A DNA stretch of 62,649 nucleotides, filler included, from Streblomastix strix (Eukaryota): assembly GCA_008636045.1 (NCBI GenBank). It is 4 parts of 4 records of this genome, joined end to end, with 100 filler letters (N's around TTAATTAATTAA, not from the genome) between each part and the next. Parts side by side here need not be neighbours in the genome. Positions count along the whole stretch, not along the records: positions 1 to 15,605 come from SNRW01000959.1; positions 15,706 to 31,296 come from SNRW01000960.1; 2 more parts are not named here. One strand, 5' to 3'. Positions 13,719-28,862 of this stretch are shown here, one piece after another; position 1 is the stretch's first letter, and each line of letters opens with the position of its first letter. Below the pieces are notes generated by a model. It had not been told where the DNA came from. It did not search any database and was given only the letters and a program-made list of their open reading frames with translations. The position numbers and the translations under genes are program-made.

Positions 13719-15605
13719 TAGAGCTGAAAAAATTCGTCATTTTCGTTCGTTGAGGCTTTTTTTATGACGAAATTCGTCAAAATTGGTTTTTAAAAATTAA
13801 AAAAAAATTTCTTCTTTGATTAGTCTAAGCATAACAAAATCCGAGCGGATTCATCAGTTTTATTTGGAATCAAACTTGAACATGCGGAATTTTTTTAAAT
13901 TTTAATAAAAAAAATATAAAAAAATTCCAAAATTTCTATTTAATTTTGAAAAAGAATTTTTCAATGAATATTATAATTAAAATTTATATATATATTATAT
14001 ATATAGTTTTTATTAGAGTTAGACATAAATTCGCTATGATGTTGGAATCACAAAAAATTGTTCTCTATATTTCTTGATAATCTGACTTCAATTACGTATC
14101 CAAAATTATAAATTATAATCTAATAAATTATCACTCAAATTATTTTGTTAGTATATCTAAAATATTATAAGTCACAATTGATGAAAATTATTTTTTTTTA
14201 AATTTTATCAATATTTCATCAACAATACATTATTTATATATTAATTATTTATGATCAGTAAAAAGAAAATATCATTGAATCATTTTTTTTACGTCCTGTA
14301 ATAAAACGCAAAATGGATCATATTGATCGTGATGAAGATAACCTTGATCAGTTTGATAGTATGGTAATATGTATAATTTATTTTTTACTTAATTAATTTT
14401 TTTAAATACGATTATTATTTTGCTTTGAATACAATTTAGTTTACATATTAAGACATGTTCCAGGGACAGATTATTAATATTAAATTCATCCATAATTTAT
14501 TGAAAACGAAGATAGAAGCAGCTATATGATTTTTACAATAGTTTCAGATGATGAATTATTAGAAAATCATGAAAAGAAAATTGAGATGTGTATAAGGAGC
14601 TTATGGTAGGATTACTTTTAAGGAACAAACTTAAATATGAGAAACAATGAATGTAAACCTAGTCGTCAGCCTACATTGGCTGAATTCTAAGTCCGAAAAA
14701 GAAAAATTGAAGCACTAAAAATTGAAATTACATATATGCTAAAGCAACAAGAAATTAAAAATTGGTTTCTAATGGTGGGTCATATTCAGGTATATCAGAT
14801 GATATACACGCAATTACAATTTAATATGCAAAAAATTTAAGAAAATTTGATAAGAATGTGTTATATTAGTGAATGAATAGAAAATATGTATTTGATTAAA
14901 CTTAACAAACCGGAAATAAAATTTTAGATGAAAAATTATAGAAAAAGCTAGATTTTGTTAATGCAATGGCATTTAACTTAGGATCGCATAAAAGTAGATA
15001 TTGCAAAAAAAATTATATTATTGCCAACAGAGATTTTTTAATTATTACTAGTAGCTGTAGAAGAAAATATTCAGACCACCGCTGAGTATGCAAGTTTCAT
15101 TTCAAGAACAATTCGTGGACTTCACCATATAGGTGCCATTGTTCCTTCAGTAACAATTGATGAATTAAGAGTATAGCAGAAGACTTTAAAACTAGGAAAT
15201 GATAATTTTTATGTTTTATTTCTACTATTTAAAGCTGAAATAAGTGTTACACTAATAGGAGCTATTCTACAATGACATTTAATTTATAAAGTATTTACTC
15301 AAATCATTATTTAAGCTGCAGAAATCGCTCAAATCATATCAAATCAAAGGAATATAGTAAAATTTCTTCAATTTCGTATAAATAAGAAAATTCTTGGATC
15401 AAGATGCCTAGATCTTGTGGAGACTTAATGGGTATATATCGGACGTGCAATTGATTTCATCAAAAAATGAAAAGAATAAATTCTTAAACTAAAATATCTT
15501 CCAATAACTGCATTTGCATTTTAACAGATCCTGGTACTTTCTCACCAGCTATTTGTTTTTAACTAAAATCTTCATTTTATTCACCACTATTAGTAAAATA
15601 CTATT
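13719..15605 (+). mobile_element. hAT-like DNA transposon remnant, 3' end cut by the contig end
   Basis: Putative left end TAGAGCTG at 13719 with clustered TTCGTC/GACGAA subterminal motifs. Decayed ORF from ATG ~14314 with a GT-AG intron; IVPSVTIDEL resembles VVTDN and RCLDLVETQWVY..AIDFI resembles the hAT TRW motif. Confidence 0.5.
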
Positions 15606-15705
15606 NNNNNNNNNNNNNNNNNNNNNNNNNNNNNNNNNNNNNNNNNNNNTTAATTAATTAANNNNNNNNNNNNNNNNNNNNNNNNNNNNNNNNNNNNNNN
15701 NNNNN
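15606..15705. other. Artificial contig linker
   Basis: N44-TTAATTAATTAA-N44. Confidence 0.99.
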
Positions 15706-16049
15706 ATCACCATAGTTATTCCAAAAATCATCATATATCCGTATAGTTACTCATTAAGCGTTAAATGTAAAATTTCAGTTTATAGAATTTAAAAAGTTCT
15801 CATTATCAGAATTCAAAAAATAATATCCTCTGAAATATGTCTATTAATTAAGTTTATTATTAATTACTTAAATTTATTATTGAGTTTCTCCAATGTCTTA
15901 TACTGTTGTTCTTAATATTTATTGGATTACAATAATTTCTTATTTCAATGTGATTATTTTACTTAGAAAATCTTTATTTATTAAATTGAAGGTTACTCAT
16001 TTAAATTAATTTGAAACTGTTCTAATAAGCATCTGAGGATATTATTAGA

Positions 16050-16520
16050 AATTTCCTATGAATGAACATAAAATTAGCTTATAAATAGGTAAATTTTAAA
16101 TATTACTTATAGATTTATAGTAGCAACTTTCAAAATAAGTGAATTCCATTGAAGATGAATTGTTTACTAGAGAATTTGTACCATTCTTGGATAATCCATC
16201 GTATAAGTCTAGTGCACATGTTATTTACACGAATAATTTAGGTGATAATACGATTCCTTTAGGTTACTGTAATAGTTACAAATTACTGGTTTAATTCATA
16301 GACGAAAACTAAGTTAAGACATCAGAGATTTATTGTCCTTTGAACTAAGGTCTGTTAACGGCTGCGGAAATAATATCCAAATCATTCGAATTCTAACCAG
16401 AAAATAAAGAAATTTTCGTTATTGGGAATTTAATGGAACCGTTTATGATTGATTACATAGAAGTTTCCTAAATATTCATTAGTAAAGCAATTGGTTCTTA
16501 AATTGTACTGTTATCATTAA
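16050..16520 (+). pseudogene. Hypothetical ORF, probably part of the adjacent Polinton-like element
   Basis: Open stretch under TAR=Gln: EDELFTREFVPFLDNPSYKSSAHVIYTNNLGDNTIPLGYCNSYKLLVQF...; no recognisable motif. Confidence 0.35.
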
Positions 16521-18119
16521 TATATTATTATTTCTTATGCAAATTTCTTAATTTTATTGAATGAACTGAGATTGATATCATGATTGGTTCAAAAATTTTA
16601 ATAAAATCATTGATTGTTGAGCAATACAAGTTAAATAGTCAAAATTAGAGTCAGAACAAATAAATTTTTAAACAAATTAATAGAATCTTTAAATAACAAA
16701 CAAAAATCGTCTTAAGACCCAAAACAGAGTTGGTTCTAACTTTGTTCTTGCTCATTTTGTGAATACTTATATTAGTTTTAATGATAATTCTTATATACAA
16801 AATTTTTTTGTAATCTTGATGACAATATTTATTTATTCCAATTTTAATCTTTTGCTATACTAAAGTAGCATAAATCTCAGTTCAATTTCAGAGTCATATT
16901 TTGTTGCAATACATAATAATGAACTTAAAGTATTGAATACACAAAAAATTCTTCAATGTTATTTAACATATTGTTTAATTAATTGAAAAATAAAAGAATA
17001 ATGAACTCTTTTCAAGACATATTTTTACTAAATAAGTTAATGAGCTGCACTACAAGCAATATATACGGTGAAAAAGTTATAAATAAATTCCAAATCATTG
17101 AAATATTTGTCTTATATATTTGTATTTAACTCTAAAAAATATTGTCTAAAAGAAAGCATATCATGCCAGAGGTATTAATCCTTAAATGTGGTAAGATGAA
17201 ACAGTAATAAAAAATCCATTAGCTATAGACTGTAAAGAAGTTGATTCTTCTAGAGAAGAAAGAATAACATAAATGTTGAAAACTAAAGGTATCAAACTTA
17301 AAATAAGCATGCTTACTACATAAAAACAAAAATTTGAAGTTTAAATTTGCATAGCTGTTCAGGAAATTATTGCATATGAACCATAAGCAGGTTTACTATG
17401 TTTAACTAATAAAATAAAAAATAAACAAATTTATGGACCATTATTCGTTGAAGAATTAAGAACAGAATTCTATAAGAATACTATAAAATTAAATAATGAA
17501 GGAAAATTTATAACTTAAAATTTTGTGGTGAATACATAGCGACATGATTGAAAAATTGTTGCATGATTAGTTTAACCATCTATGCAATTAGGAATAAGTG
17601 CGCCATATTTAAGCTATTAACAAATAATTGATGGGATTATGTATTCGGATTTATTGAATTAAAAAGGAAAAGAAAACAATTGGTAAAGAAACGTATATAT
17701 AATATTCATATTTAAATAGGCCTAGGATAAAATTCAATTTTTGTAGATTTTCCAAAAATAATGCTGTGAATATATGAAGAAAAGAAAAAAATTTCATAAT
17801 AAGTTATTGAAAAAGATTTTATTCAATAGAAAAATTTTGCATAAATCTGTGAAATTCGTTCTTGAAATTTGGAGCTAAATGCCAGATAATGATATTTATA
17901 ACCGATTTTAATTCCAAATTCTAAAGACTTATTATTTGTTGAATGCTGATGGTTCAATATCTGCAATTGACAAGAAAGAAAATATAAAAGCAACACCTGA
18001 GGAAAAGAAACCAAAAACAAAAAAGAATTATATTCCAACAAGTTAATTACTATAATCTGCAAAAGAATAAAGTAAATTTAATAAAAATTGAAGCTCCAAA
18101 AAATGAAAAATATATATTT

Positions 18120-18445
18120 ATTTGAAATATTTGTATAATCGATAACAGATTCTGAAATATTATCATTTTTGTATAAATTTTAATCAAATTAGTTTATAAT
18201 TTCATATATTAACATATTTCAAGAACATTTGGAACTATTTTATTTTATAATTTTTTTATGTTATAATTAAGTTTCTGGTAAATTAATTTAAAATTCTATT
18301 TCTGTTCTGAATATTTTTGAGCAAATTATTTCCGTTACTATTTTGCAGCTTAATTAGCTTCTTTCTTAGTTTTATATTTACATTTTCTGCCTTTACGAAA
18401 TTTAGCAAAATTTTAAGTATTATCGATACAATTTTGATCTATTAA
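18120..18445 (-). pseudogene. Small basic viral protein (KYKTxxEA family), decayed
   Basis: FRKGRKCKYKTKKEANQAAK is similar to the ORF at 38900-39210 and lies in the same position after the integrase. Confidence 0.5.
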
Positions 18446-18493
18446 AGAAATTAAGCATTTATTGTAAAAAATAAAACAATTTTATAAATAGTA

Positions 18494-19800
18494 TCATTTA
18501 CGAAATTATTATTTAAACTTCTTAAATTACAGCTAATTTAGTTATTATTCATTGTCACAGATAAATTTTGTATAATATATCGGTACAGTTATCCTATCTA
18601 AATCAGTAAATGGTTTTAATAATAAACACTCTACATTATCACTATCATATTTAATCAAATTGGCTAATTTATTGAAATTACTTCTTTAATTCATATAACG
18701 ATCCAATGTACGTAAGTAATCAACATGAATCATTAAAATATTTTTTAGTTTATGTTTTGAATGACCTTTTTACTATTATTTTTATTTAATTTCACATAAT
18801 TTTTTATCATTCTTCCTTATTAAATAAGCTTCATGTTCTTACTAACTGTAAATTTACTTCGCAGTAAATTTATTATCAAATGCATTTTTAGGAGTACTAT
18901 TGTATAGTTCAAACATTTATTGTATTAACTTGAGATTTGAGAAATCAATATTATTATTTCATTCAAAAAAATTTCTTATTGTTCTTATTATAGAATCAAT
19001 TGTACGATTATGATTTGTTAATTTCTTGGAATCATACAAAAAATATGTTTTGATATCATTCTTATTGTGGAATTAAAAAAGTTAGTTGCTTGCAAATGCT
19101 TTTTCACCATCACCACTGATAAATTTTACATTTAATATGAAAAAAGTTCTGTCATCGTATTTTCCATATTTTCTTATGATTTTCTATGCAAAGAATAAAT
19201 AATAAGATATTTGAAATTGATGCTAATTCAGAATAAATAAAATTAATTAATTCTAACTAACTTAGGATTCATTGAAAAAACTATATAAATTTCCCAAGAA
19301 CCAATGTCATATGAGAAATATGGTCTTCGAAATTTTTAAGATAATTATTTAATTTAATAATCAGGAACTACTGTTTATTTTTTATCACCCTATAGTTTAA
19401 CTCAATGTGTTTATTCATATGCTTTCACTTTGGATTTGAATGGAAATTTTATTTACTAAGTTTAAATTGTTTATTCTTATGGTAATCTAATATTTTATCT
19501 CTTCTTACCTTTCTACAGCTCTTTTTCAATATAATCATCAAACCAGTCTTAAATAATTTTGCCACCATATTGAATCTTATTAGCATTCTCAATGGTAACT
19601 GATATTTCTCTGTCATTGTCTTGAATTTATATTTCATCAACAAATTCTGTAAGATTCAATCTCTTAGGTTATTTTAACATTGTTTATATAGATAATTTCA
19701 AAGAATCTTCTGCAGTTTCCGTTGATTTCTCGGTTATATCGAATTATCTGAGTAATTCATCAAGAATTTAAGCTTTTGATTTATTCCTACGAATTCGCAT
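18494..19800 (-). pseudogene. Polinton-type retroviral-like (rve) integrase
   Basis: RRPYFSYDIGSWEI..., DGEKAFAS, FTNHNRTIDSIIRTIRN, LYNSTPKNAFDNKFT, TVPIYYTKFI. ATG 19800, TGA 18494, with frameshifts. Confidence 0.8.
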
Positions 19801-19859
19801 AATCCTTTATATAAAAATAATTTAATGATTAAAAATAAAATTATGTATTCTTACTAAAA

Positions 19860-20469
19860 TCACATAATGATATATTTATCAACCAATTTCTAATAAATAA
19901 ATAGACAATAGCATTAATTTGGTAATACAATCATTTTCGTATGAGCATAAGAAACGTCATTTGTAGACGTTTAATTCCAACTTATTTTTCAATTATATTT
20001 TGCAAATGAAATATTTTTACCTTTAGTAACAATAACATTCATAATATTATCTGCAACTGCAATTTTATTCACTTGTTGAATAGTTTTTAAATTAAGACTT
20101 TAAAAATTTCATTGAATAAGGAAGTTTTTTATCATGATTTTCAAACAAACAGTAATTCTTTAGAGCTAATGCAATTTTTGATATTCTTCAATGTTCATAA
20201 GCAACATCAAGTAAATTGAATTCAACATAAGCATCTTTACTCGGATCTGGTTCGAATTTTTAGAAATTTTCATTATTGAATTATTATTCTGTAACAATCT
20301 CAGAGAATCTTTGAAAATAATCATTATTTAGATTACTGGTTAAAGCTAACATTATTTAATCAATATCACTATAAATGAAATGAAATTTATTGCTATCCTT
20401 GATATGTATAAAGGAAATAGAAGTAAATATTCTTATAAACCTATTTTGCACAATCTTATACACCATATG

Positions 20470-20505
<36 letters not shown>

Positions 20506-22200
20506 TACAATTAAATTTCTATTTCTCATACTCAACAGCTTAAGCATTATCAGCAAATTTACGATTACCTTTGAATTTTTTATTTAAGTGAGTACTAAAA
20601 GTTTCATTTCTATCACATATCTTGAAATCCATAAATTTTACTTAATTTGTACGATCACTTCCATATGAGCTGTTCGATGAAATCTTACTATACAATTCAA
20701 ATCTATTATTCTTACGAAAATTAGATGTAATGCGTTATTAACTGATATTTTATATAATTGATGAAAATTCATGATGCTTATAAATTGCTATAATAGATTT
20801 TGCTTCGTCAGTTATATAATGGTAATCATCAACAAGAAACCAAAAATAATATGAACTGAAAATCTTTATTTATTATATGGTTGATAATTATGAAAAAAAC
20901 TTACATTTTTCTTATTTCTTAGATAAACTATTTTTATTTAATGATAATTCATAAATTTTCTTCTTACATTTTCTAAACGTCGTTATTTTATTTTCTTAAT
21001 TTTATGTGTACAATTAATATAATCATTATTGTTTAACTTATAGATATGACCTGTAATCTCCATAATGAGAAACTTTACTTTATCAATTTTTGATTTCTGT
21101 AAAGATAACCATAAAATATTATTAATTTTTAGTAATGATTTTCATTTATGAACTAATGATTTAACCTGTATTTTTATAAAACGTAACCTGGAATTGAAAT
21201 CTAATAACCTAGATGTATAATATAATCATGTTTCTATTGGCTGATAACTGCTGTATACGAAAAATTAAATAAAAATCAATTAAATATTTCATTGTATTAT
21301 CCAGATCATAACTTATAAATTTTTCATCATCAATTTTCATCTAAATAATATGAGTTTCTCCTTAATTATTAAATCTATGAATATCATTATCTAAATCACA
21401 TGAATTTTCATTACATAAATCGTGATAAATATCACTGCTAGTAATTGACTTTTGGTAAACTTTTTGCAAAATAATATTTATTGATTTAATTTGCTAATCT
21501 AGAAATTTTTGAATCCCTGTAAGATCTTGCTTCTTAACAGTATTTGCAAGCAAATCTTTCGTTTTCTTTACTATGTCTAAGGGAATTATCAATTCTGTCA
21601 AATGTTGGTTAATCAGATATTGAAAATTTTGCTTTATAAAACCTTAATGAACTAGTCTTAATTAATTCTTTGTAATATTCATAATCAGATTCATTATTAT
21701 TATCTTTTCTATATCATCCTGCATTAAGATCCAAAATATGGTAATTTCCTATATTTTTTCACTAGCAATCATATACAAATTCGAATGGTTAATCACAAAT
21801 CATTAAGAAATCGCTATTACTATCAAAACGAGAATTCAAGTCAAAATCTTAACAATTTATCATTTACTTAATAGAATTTGCAAAGTATTCTATTTAATTA
21901 TAATTAAATATTTCAGTTCTATTACTAAAATTCATTTCAATAAGTCTATCTATTAGTATAGTAATGATAGTTGTATCCAATTCATTGTTATATTATAAGT
22001 AATCCCAACGATTATTAAAGTTCTTACTATCTTCTAATTAAAGTTTAAAATCATCATCAGATATCCGTTCTTCACGAAGTATTTTATTGAAATTTTCATA
22101 GGAAAATTGTTTGTTTTTTTCAAAACCTTCAATATTATTTTCTATTTTAATTTCATCAAAATTTAATACTTCTTTATTATTATTATAGTAAATTCAATTT
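19860..22200 (-). pseudogene. polB: Protein-primed family B DNA polymerase (Polinton-like, family A), decayed, 5' part missing
   Basis: ExoIII-like RWDYLQYNNELDT; HNH-like PTFDRIDNSLRHSKENERFACKYC; HRFNNQGETHI; WFLVDDYH; motif B SKISSNSSYGSD; motif C FIYSDID; C-terminal TKMIVLPNQ. Confidence 0.8.
20472..20501. repeat. (AT)15 microsatellite inside the dead polymerase gene
   Basis: Direct observation. Confidence 0.9.
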
Positions 22201-25200
22201 TCTAAAATATATATTAATCTGATTTCAAAAAAAATTTGTCAAAAATATTTTGCTAAAAAATTATACAAAAATAAAAATAAATTTACTAATAATTTATTGA
22301 ATCAAATTTATTAGTAAAATACAAAAAATTTGACAACAATATAAAAACTTTTTTAAAATTCTTATAAAAACGAAAATGAAATATAAAAAAATTATTCAAA
22401 ATAAAAAATTATTTTCAAAATTCATAAAACTATATGGACTTTGTGACTTTCTGACGTCAAAAATGACATTTAGTGATATTTAAGTTTGCATGCTAATTAA
22501 ATAAAAATTGAAGAAATATTTAAATATTAAAATAACCATATTTTTTGAAGTCGCTCTAAAAAATTTATTGAAAATTTACGTTTTTATAAAATAATTGGAC
22601 AATTTTTTATTTTTTTGACAAATTGTATTGAAATTAATGGAGAATTCGATATCATGTTTTCATTCGAAACGCAAAAATGAGCCGAAATCCGTAAACTAAG
22701 CTTTTCAACAAGGCGAAATGCTATTTTTTGGTATCAAAATCAGGTTTACCGATACAAAAACAAGTAAGAATTGAAAGCGCCGACTAACGCCATTTATATC
22801 CTATCTATAAGATTGCCATTGTAATCATTCATTTTCTAATTTAATTTAAAATGTGATAATTAAATTTCTTGACAACGAATATTCAATATTTTGGAGATAT
22901 ATATCAATTAAAATTAAATGAAAGGAAATATCTGAAGAAAATTTTAATTGAAATTTATTAAAAAATATTCATCAAAGTTATAAGCTATCTAATACTGAGA
23001 TATTGAAATCTTCGGTTGCTTATTGTCTCTCATGACAGTTGCAAAGTGTTAAAGCCTGAAAATAAATTTCAATAATAAAAAAATTGAAGGATTTTTCAAA
23101 ATATCCGAGTTTTTCAATCTTAGATAATTACAAAAGAGGAATTATAGAACTGAAATTTTTCTTTAAATACAGAAAAATTGCACTACTTTAAGAAATGTAG
23201 CTTAATTTTTCTAACTATTGGTTATATATACATCAAAATCTTAAAAATTTAAGATAAATTTAGAAATTTTATATTAAATAAGTAGTAACTGTGATGAATT
23301 GAATTAAAATCTTATATAATTAATTATATTTTTGAACGATATTTCGAAATCAATATAAAATTATTTTTTATTTATAAATACCATAGATGAATAATTCGGT
23401 TTGTTTATGAAGATCAGTGTAGAATTTTGAAAATTTTCAGATTCTCTGAATTATTTTCAAATAGATTCAAACCTGTAAAATGCACCTGAAATAACATTTG
23501 TAGTTATAAATTTTATTGTAATTGACGTAAAAATTCATCTAAAAAATAAAGTATAGCGCATATGAACAGAATTTTGAAACTTTGAATCTTAAAATATCGA
23601 GAATTGTTCAATACATGGCAAATTTCAAAGATTTAACTAGTCAATATATCCTTAATCTATGTTAAATATGCAAATTTAATAACATTAGCTCAATGTTGGT
23701 TTATGGTAACAGATAAAGAACTGTATAGTTTAGAAACAAATCTGAAATCATTGCTATGTAAATTTGAATATTTCTTTCAATAAAAAATTAAATTTTTTTA
23801 ATTTTAAAAAAATTTAATAAATGATAAGTTTTAATAAAAAATCAATAATGACAGTTTTGAAAACCAAAACAAATAATTATTTAATTTAATGATGATATTT
23901 ATTATATTTAATATTGTTTAATATTCAATTATAATGAAACGAAATTAAATCCATAAATATCAATAATGATTTATAAAATTAATAATTAATATTAAACAAC
24001 AATAAGTAAATATTTTTAAATTAACTTTATGCATTTAAGATCAAATACTAACTAACTAGTAAGATTTATTCTGTTAAAACAAAAATCCTGTTTATCACAT
24101 TTCCCAAATTTTATGGCTTCTTGCAACTAAAATGATTGATACGCAAAAGAAATCAATTTTTAAAAGTATCAGCCTTTGTACGAGATACTTGCACAAGCTT
24201 GAATCTACGAAGTTCAAATCTGCATTCAGTGAATATTATAAATTTCATTAAGGTAAATTTTGAAATTGCAATTAAGATTTAAAAGATAGTGTAATTACTA
24301 TGGAGATTGAATCTTATGGTATGCATTAGAACCTATATATCACAAATCCGAAGAAGAAATGAGGTTTTAGAAAAATTTTAAAATTTTGAAGACTGCGTTT
24401 CGATCAGATTTTTAAATGTTTCAAATAGGAAAGAATTAGAAACATTTATTCATTTTATTGTTCTGAAAGTTTTTCTGGTCTTTCTGATATTTATGAAGAT
24501 GATTTATGATGAAATGATTGTTTTGTTTATTATTTTGAAAATTTTGATATATTTAATGAAGATCAATCGTGTGTTAATTAATTTTTTTTGTTATTATTCG
24601 ATTTATTATTATCGATACAATTCAAACTAATCAATAATTTACTCTATATTTTTATGATTAGATATATATTATTAATCATTATTAATGTAATTTAAATTAT
24701 CATCAAATTGATTATTTTTATTATTCTTATTATTATTATTTCTTTGGCTCATCTCAATTTAATTTGCATATTTTTATTTTACAATTTTTTAGTTTATTCT
24801 GAATTTCTCTAAAGCTTATTGATAACCATTATTTATTATATTATTAAAAGGATATTTATTCAAATTTTAATTTTTAATATTTATTTATTAATTTACATTA
24901 TTTAATTAATCTTAATCTTCATTATCATCATCTTCATTATATTATCTAACTTATCAATAATTCATATTTTTAGTTCTGTTCTAATTCTTAATATTTGCTA
25001 TTCTGACAATCATCTTAGTTCTGACTGGTGTTTCTATTTGTGTTTCATAAATGATTTCAATATTTCTAACAATTATTTATGGTTTTTTGCTCTGCTATTA
25101 ATCTAATGTTGAAAGTGTATTTGAGATATTTTCTGGCTTTATTTATTCATTATTTTCAGAAATTTGGCTGAATTTATTCAAATTTTCAATTATTTGATTA

Positions 25201-25599
25201 TTATAATTAATATAAATGTTTAAAATTTCATCTATTTGTTGATTAATTATCAAAGAAGATAGTTTTTTGCTTTATTTTCTTTATTTTTTCTTTTTATTTT
25301 ATTAATTTTATTAATTAAATATTTATTATTAATATTATTTATATCATTTCTTTCAATAAACAACCGAAGTTTCTTCAATCTATCAATCTTTAATCCTTAT
25401 TATTCTTTCTCTATTCTATCTCTGATCCGAACTCACCCTTGCAATCCTGATTTAGTTAGTGTTACTTTTATTGATGCTGTGGTGATGATTAATGGGAACG
25501 AATGACCTAATTTTAAATTATATTTTTAAAAATAGAAAAATTTGCAGCTTATTTTCATCTTTTCAACTCCAAAAATAAAGGTTTGAGTATTATTTGTAA

Positions 25600-28500
25600 A
25601 AATAGATTTTCAAAAATAATAATTATGAATTTTATATTTCACAATGTAGATTGGTTTTTAACGATGGAATTTGTGAGATTTTTTCATTTCGTTGACTGGC
25701 GACAAATTCCCATTCATTTAATCCTTTTTCAATCATCTCAGCCTATTCGCCATGCAATTACTCAAATTTATGGCTCGAATTCCTTTTTTAATTTATAATC
25801 TTAACGTCGAATTTTCTTAATATACGTAACTTTATTCTCTTATTTTTCACAATCTCGATTTAAAATACTTTGTTTGCAATCTTTTTTGGTTTTTACTCCA
25901 ACACGCTAGATGTACTCATTCCATCTTTTTATTCTATAAAGCTGTTTTTTATAAATATTTCAATAGCTGCTAAATATGCTTCGATAATGTTTTTTTTTTG
26001 CTTTAGTAATTGGAATTTTACTTAAATTTACAGCTAAAATGTCTTTTTGCAAGAAATATTAATAAGTTATCATAAAATAGTTTTTAATGATCTAATTCGT
26101 AAACTTACTTGAAGAATTTTGTTTTATCAACACTAATAGTTAGACCATTATATATTATGAAGATACTGATAATGTTTAGTACTAAATATATTCAATTTGT
26201 TATAGATATTTATATGAGATTGCTATGATTTAATATTAAAATCAGCGTTGTAACGTTTTATTCAGTGTGTGGATTTACATATTTCACTTCATATTCTAAT
26301 TAATCGTCAGAAATTATTGATTTCAATGATTCAATATCATGTTATGACATATCGCTGAACTTTCTTAGCTCATTTCCAACAACTGAAACTATAAATAACA
26401 ATGAACTGTTGAATTTGCTTCCGATAAATGATAGTTTTGTAAAATTTCTCTCTGAATATCCATCAATTAATTCGCTTAATACATTCGTAATCATTTTTTT
26501 TTCTGTGCCTTTCAAGCCTGTTAATATAATACATACTTCTGTTTGTAACTACGGATATTAAATCAAGTGGGAAATCTAATTCGGGATATATTCATAAATC
26601 TACTCATAGTCATTTGCAATAACTTTTCTTAAAAGGTGCAGTATCGGTGAAATTACTTATAGTTAATAGTAATATGAAAGAAAATCGTATGTCCAGAATT
26701 AAAAATTTGAAAAAACACTGTGATCGCTGCTTATAAAACATATATCAGTAATTAATAAGAAATCCTATTAAATATTTGCTATTTATCACAGTACTTATGA
26801 CTTCAAATCAATATATTTCGAATTTTCATCTTGAAATTTTCTTGCTATATCAAAGTAAAACCTTAGAATTTCATAAAATAAATTCTTTCCAGATTGCTCA
26901 TCATCGTAATAATCCATGTTTTCGATTTGAAATTCAAATATTGTTTCAGACTTTTTCTTTTGCAACAATGTTGTTTCAGTTTTATTTTGCAAACCTTGAA
27001 ATACAGTAATTTATGACAGCTACTTCTAAATTCTTTTTTATTTTAGTATGTATACCACCTCTCCCCAATATTTCTAAATTCTAAGTATTTTTATCAAGTT
27101 AGATATGAGTTCCTCGATGCATTTATAAGATTTTACTCTAATTTTATGAGAAATATCATCTAAACTGAATTATACTTTTATTTCTATGTTTTGAACCTCT
27201 ATCTTCTTGAAATCAATTGCATCGGTTTACGATCCGTTGCGTTATTTCCTTTTTTGAAGCCAATAACGGAATAAATTATTATAGATAATATTCTAACTTG
27301 AACATTTTAAAAAATCCCTGAAAACAATACGATGACTATTATTTTTCAGAAAAACTTTCATGATGCACACGAAAACATGATTTTCACGTATATAAAAAAA
27401 TTACAATTTTCTTTTATATTATCATAATATTCATTTGTGAAATCTTAATTAACATCATCGAAGGATCTCATTCCAATTATATAAGAACGCAATGTTAAAT
27501 ATGCTTAATTCTCCATCTGCGTAAGGATTATTTGTGTGAATTATGGTCCAATTAAGTCCATTAACTAATTTTTCTGCTCATTCTTTGGTATTTTCACATT
27601 TTTCCATTCAATGCTTCGAGTTGTTTGCTTAGCAATTTTACATTTTTTCTTATTATACTTAATTATGCTGCATAACTTTTATATCAAAGCTTAATATTAG
27701 AAATAAATTTTATATTTCTACAAGATCTGATTTTTCATAAGCGTTATTTAAGTCCTAATATGTAAGAAGTGAATTTCTCAATTCGTCTGTTTAATGTCTC
27801 AATTTTATTTCTGGGTTTTATGGTTTTCTCTTAGAATCTCGATATTAATATATCATGGTTCCAGGATGTACAATTTTTCTTGTTTTATAACTTTCTTCAA
27901 CAACAAATATTTCACTCATTTCTCTATCAGAAACTGCGGCAACACATAAAAATACATCAACAGAAAAATCCTTTGTACAAATTATATTAACCATAGAATT
28001 TTGATGTAATTTGCATGGACCCATGTTATAATAAATATGAATCCGCCTCGTGAAAATTTAAAAAGTCCAACATTGCGGCGTCAATTGTATTTTTCCATCA
28101 AGACTTGCACATCTGTAGAAAATATATATATATCTTGAAAATCTAATTGTTTTGCAGGTTATAACAGTTATATTTTGCTACTACTTATCTCATCACTCTA
28201 TATAACATCAAATTTCATTTCATTATTAATGTTTATATTAATTGCTGTCAAGTATTTGCTTTAAGCAATCTCAAGAGTATGACTTATGCATGAATTATTC
28301 TTTTTTTTTGACATAGTCTTTATCAGAATGATAATTGGTTTGATATGCTATCTTATTATAATTATATAGAATAATTTGTCACAATATAACTTTTTCTGCT
28401 ATTCTTTTAGAAATTTAATTTTTAGAACTCTCTCTATACGATAAATCATGTGTGTTTTCTTGAACTACACCATTTTCATTAGTTTACACGAAGATCCATG

Positions 28501-28700
28501 TAAAGATCTAGTTAACCAAATTATTTATGTTATTTATAGCCCAATTATTCATATAATAAAGGATTATCTGTTTTCAAATCAAAAAGTCGAGCCTTCGGCC
28601 GTTAATATCATGTTTCATCTTTTGATTTTTACCTCTATTAAAATATCTTAGCGGATATATCCGAGATTTGAGACTTATTCTTATTTGTACATTTGTCAAA
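25600..28700 (-). pseudogene. Primase (AEP/Prim-Pol) fused to a D5-like SF3 helicase (family B element), decayed
   Basis: The 5' part aligns by eye with 45197-46854. The helicase part reads KVIANDYEQIYEYI..LIQYP..CIILTGLKGTEKK (degenerate Walker A), VVGNEL, LKSIISDD..EVKY. Confidence 0.8.
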
Positions 28701-28862
28701 TTATTAAAAGCGACAAGACAAAAAGTCAAACTTTAGGAATTTATAATTCAGTACAACATTAATTAAAAAATAAAAAATAATTAAATTTATTAAAAAATTA
28801 TTGTTAAGATTTAAATTATTTTTTAAAAAACTTTCATATTTTGGCATTTTGACAAATCTCAA

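Noticed and set aside
15650..15661. TTAATTAATTAA palindrome recurring every ~15.6 kb
   Set aside because: It sits inside identical N runs and is an artificial six-frame-stop linker, so adjacency across it has no biological meaning.
22790..23780. Possible hAT C-terminal remnant (SAYEQNF resembling SACERNF)
   Set aside because: Too decayed; only one weak motif.
24100..25500. Low-complexity minus-strand gene remnant
   Set aside because: No continuous frame or recognisable motif.
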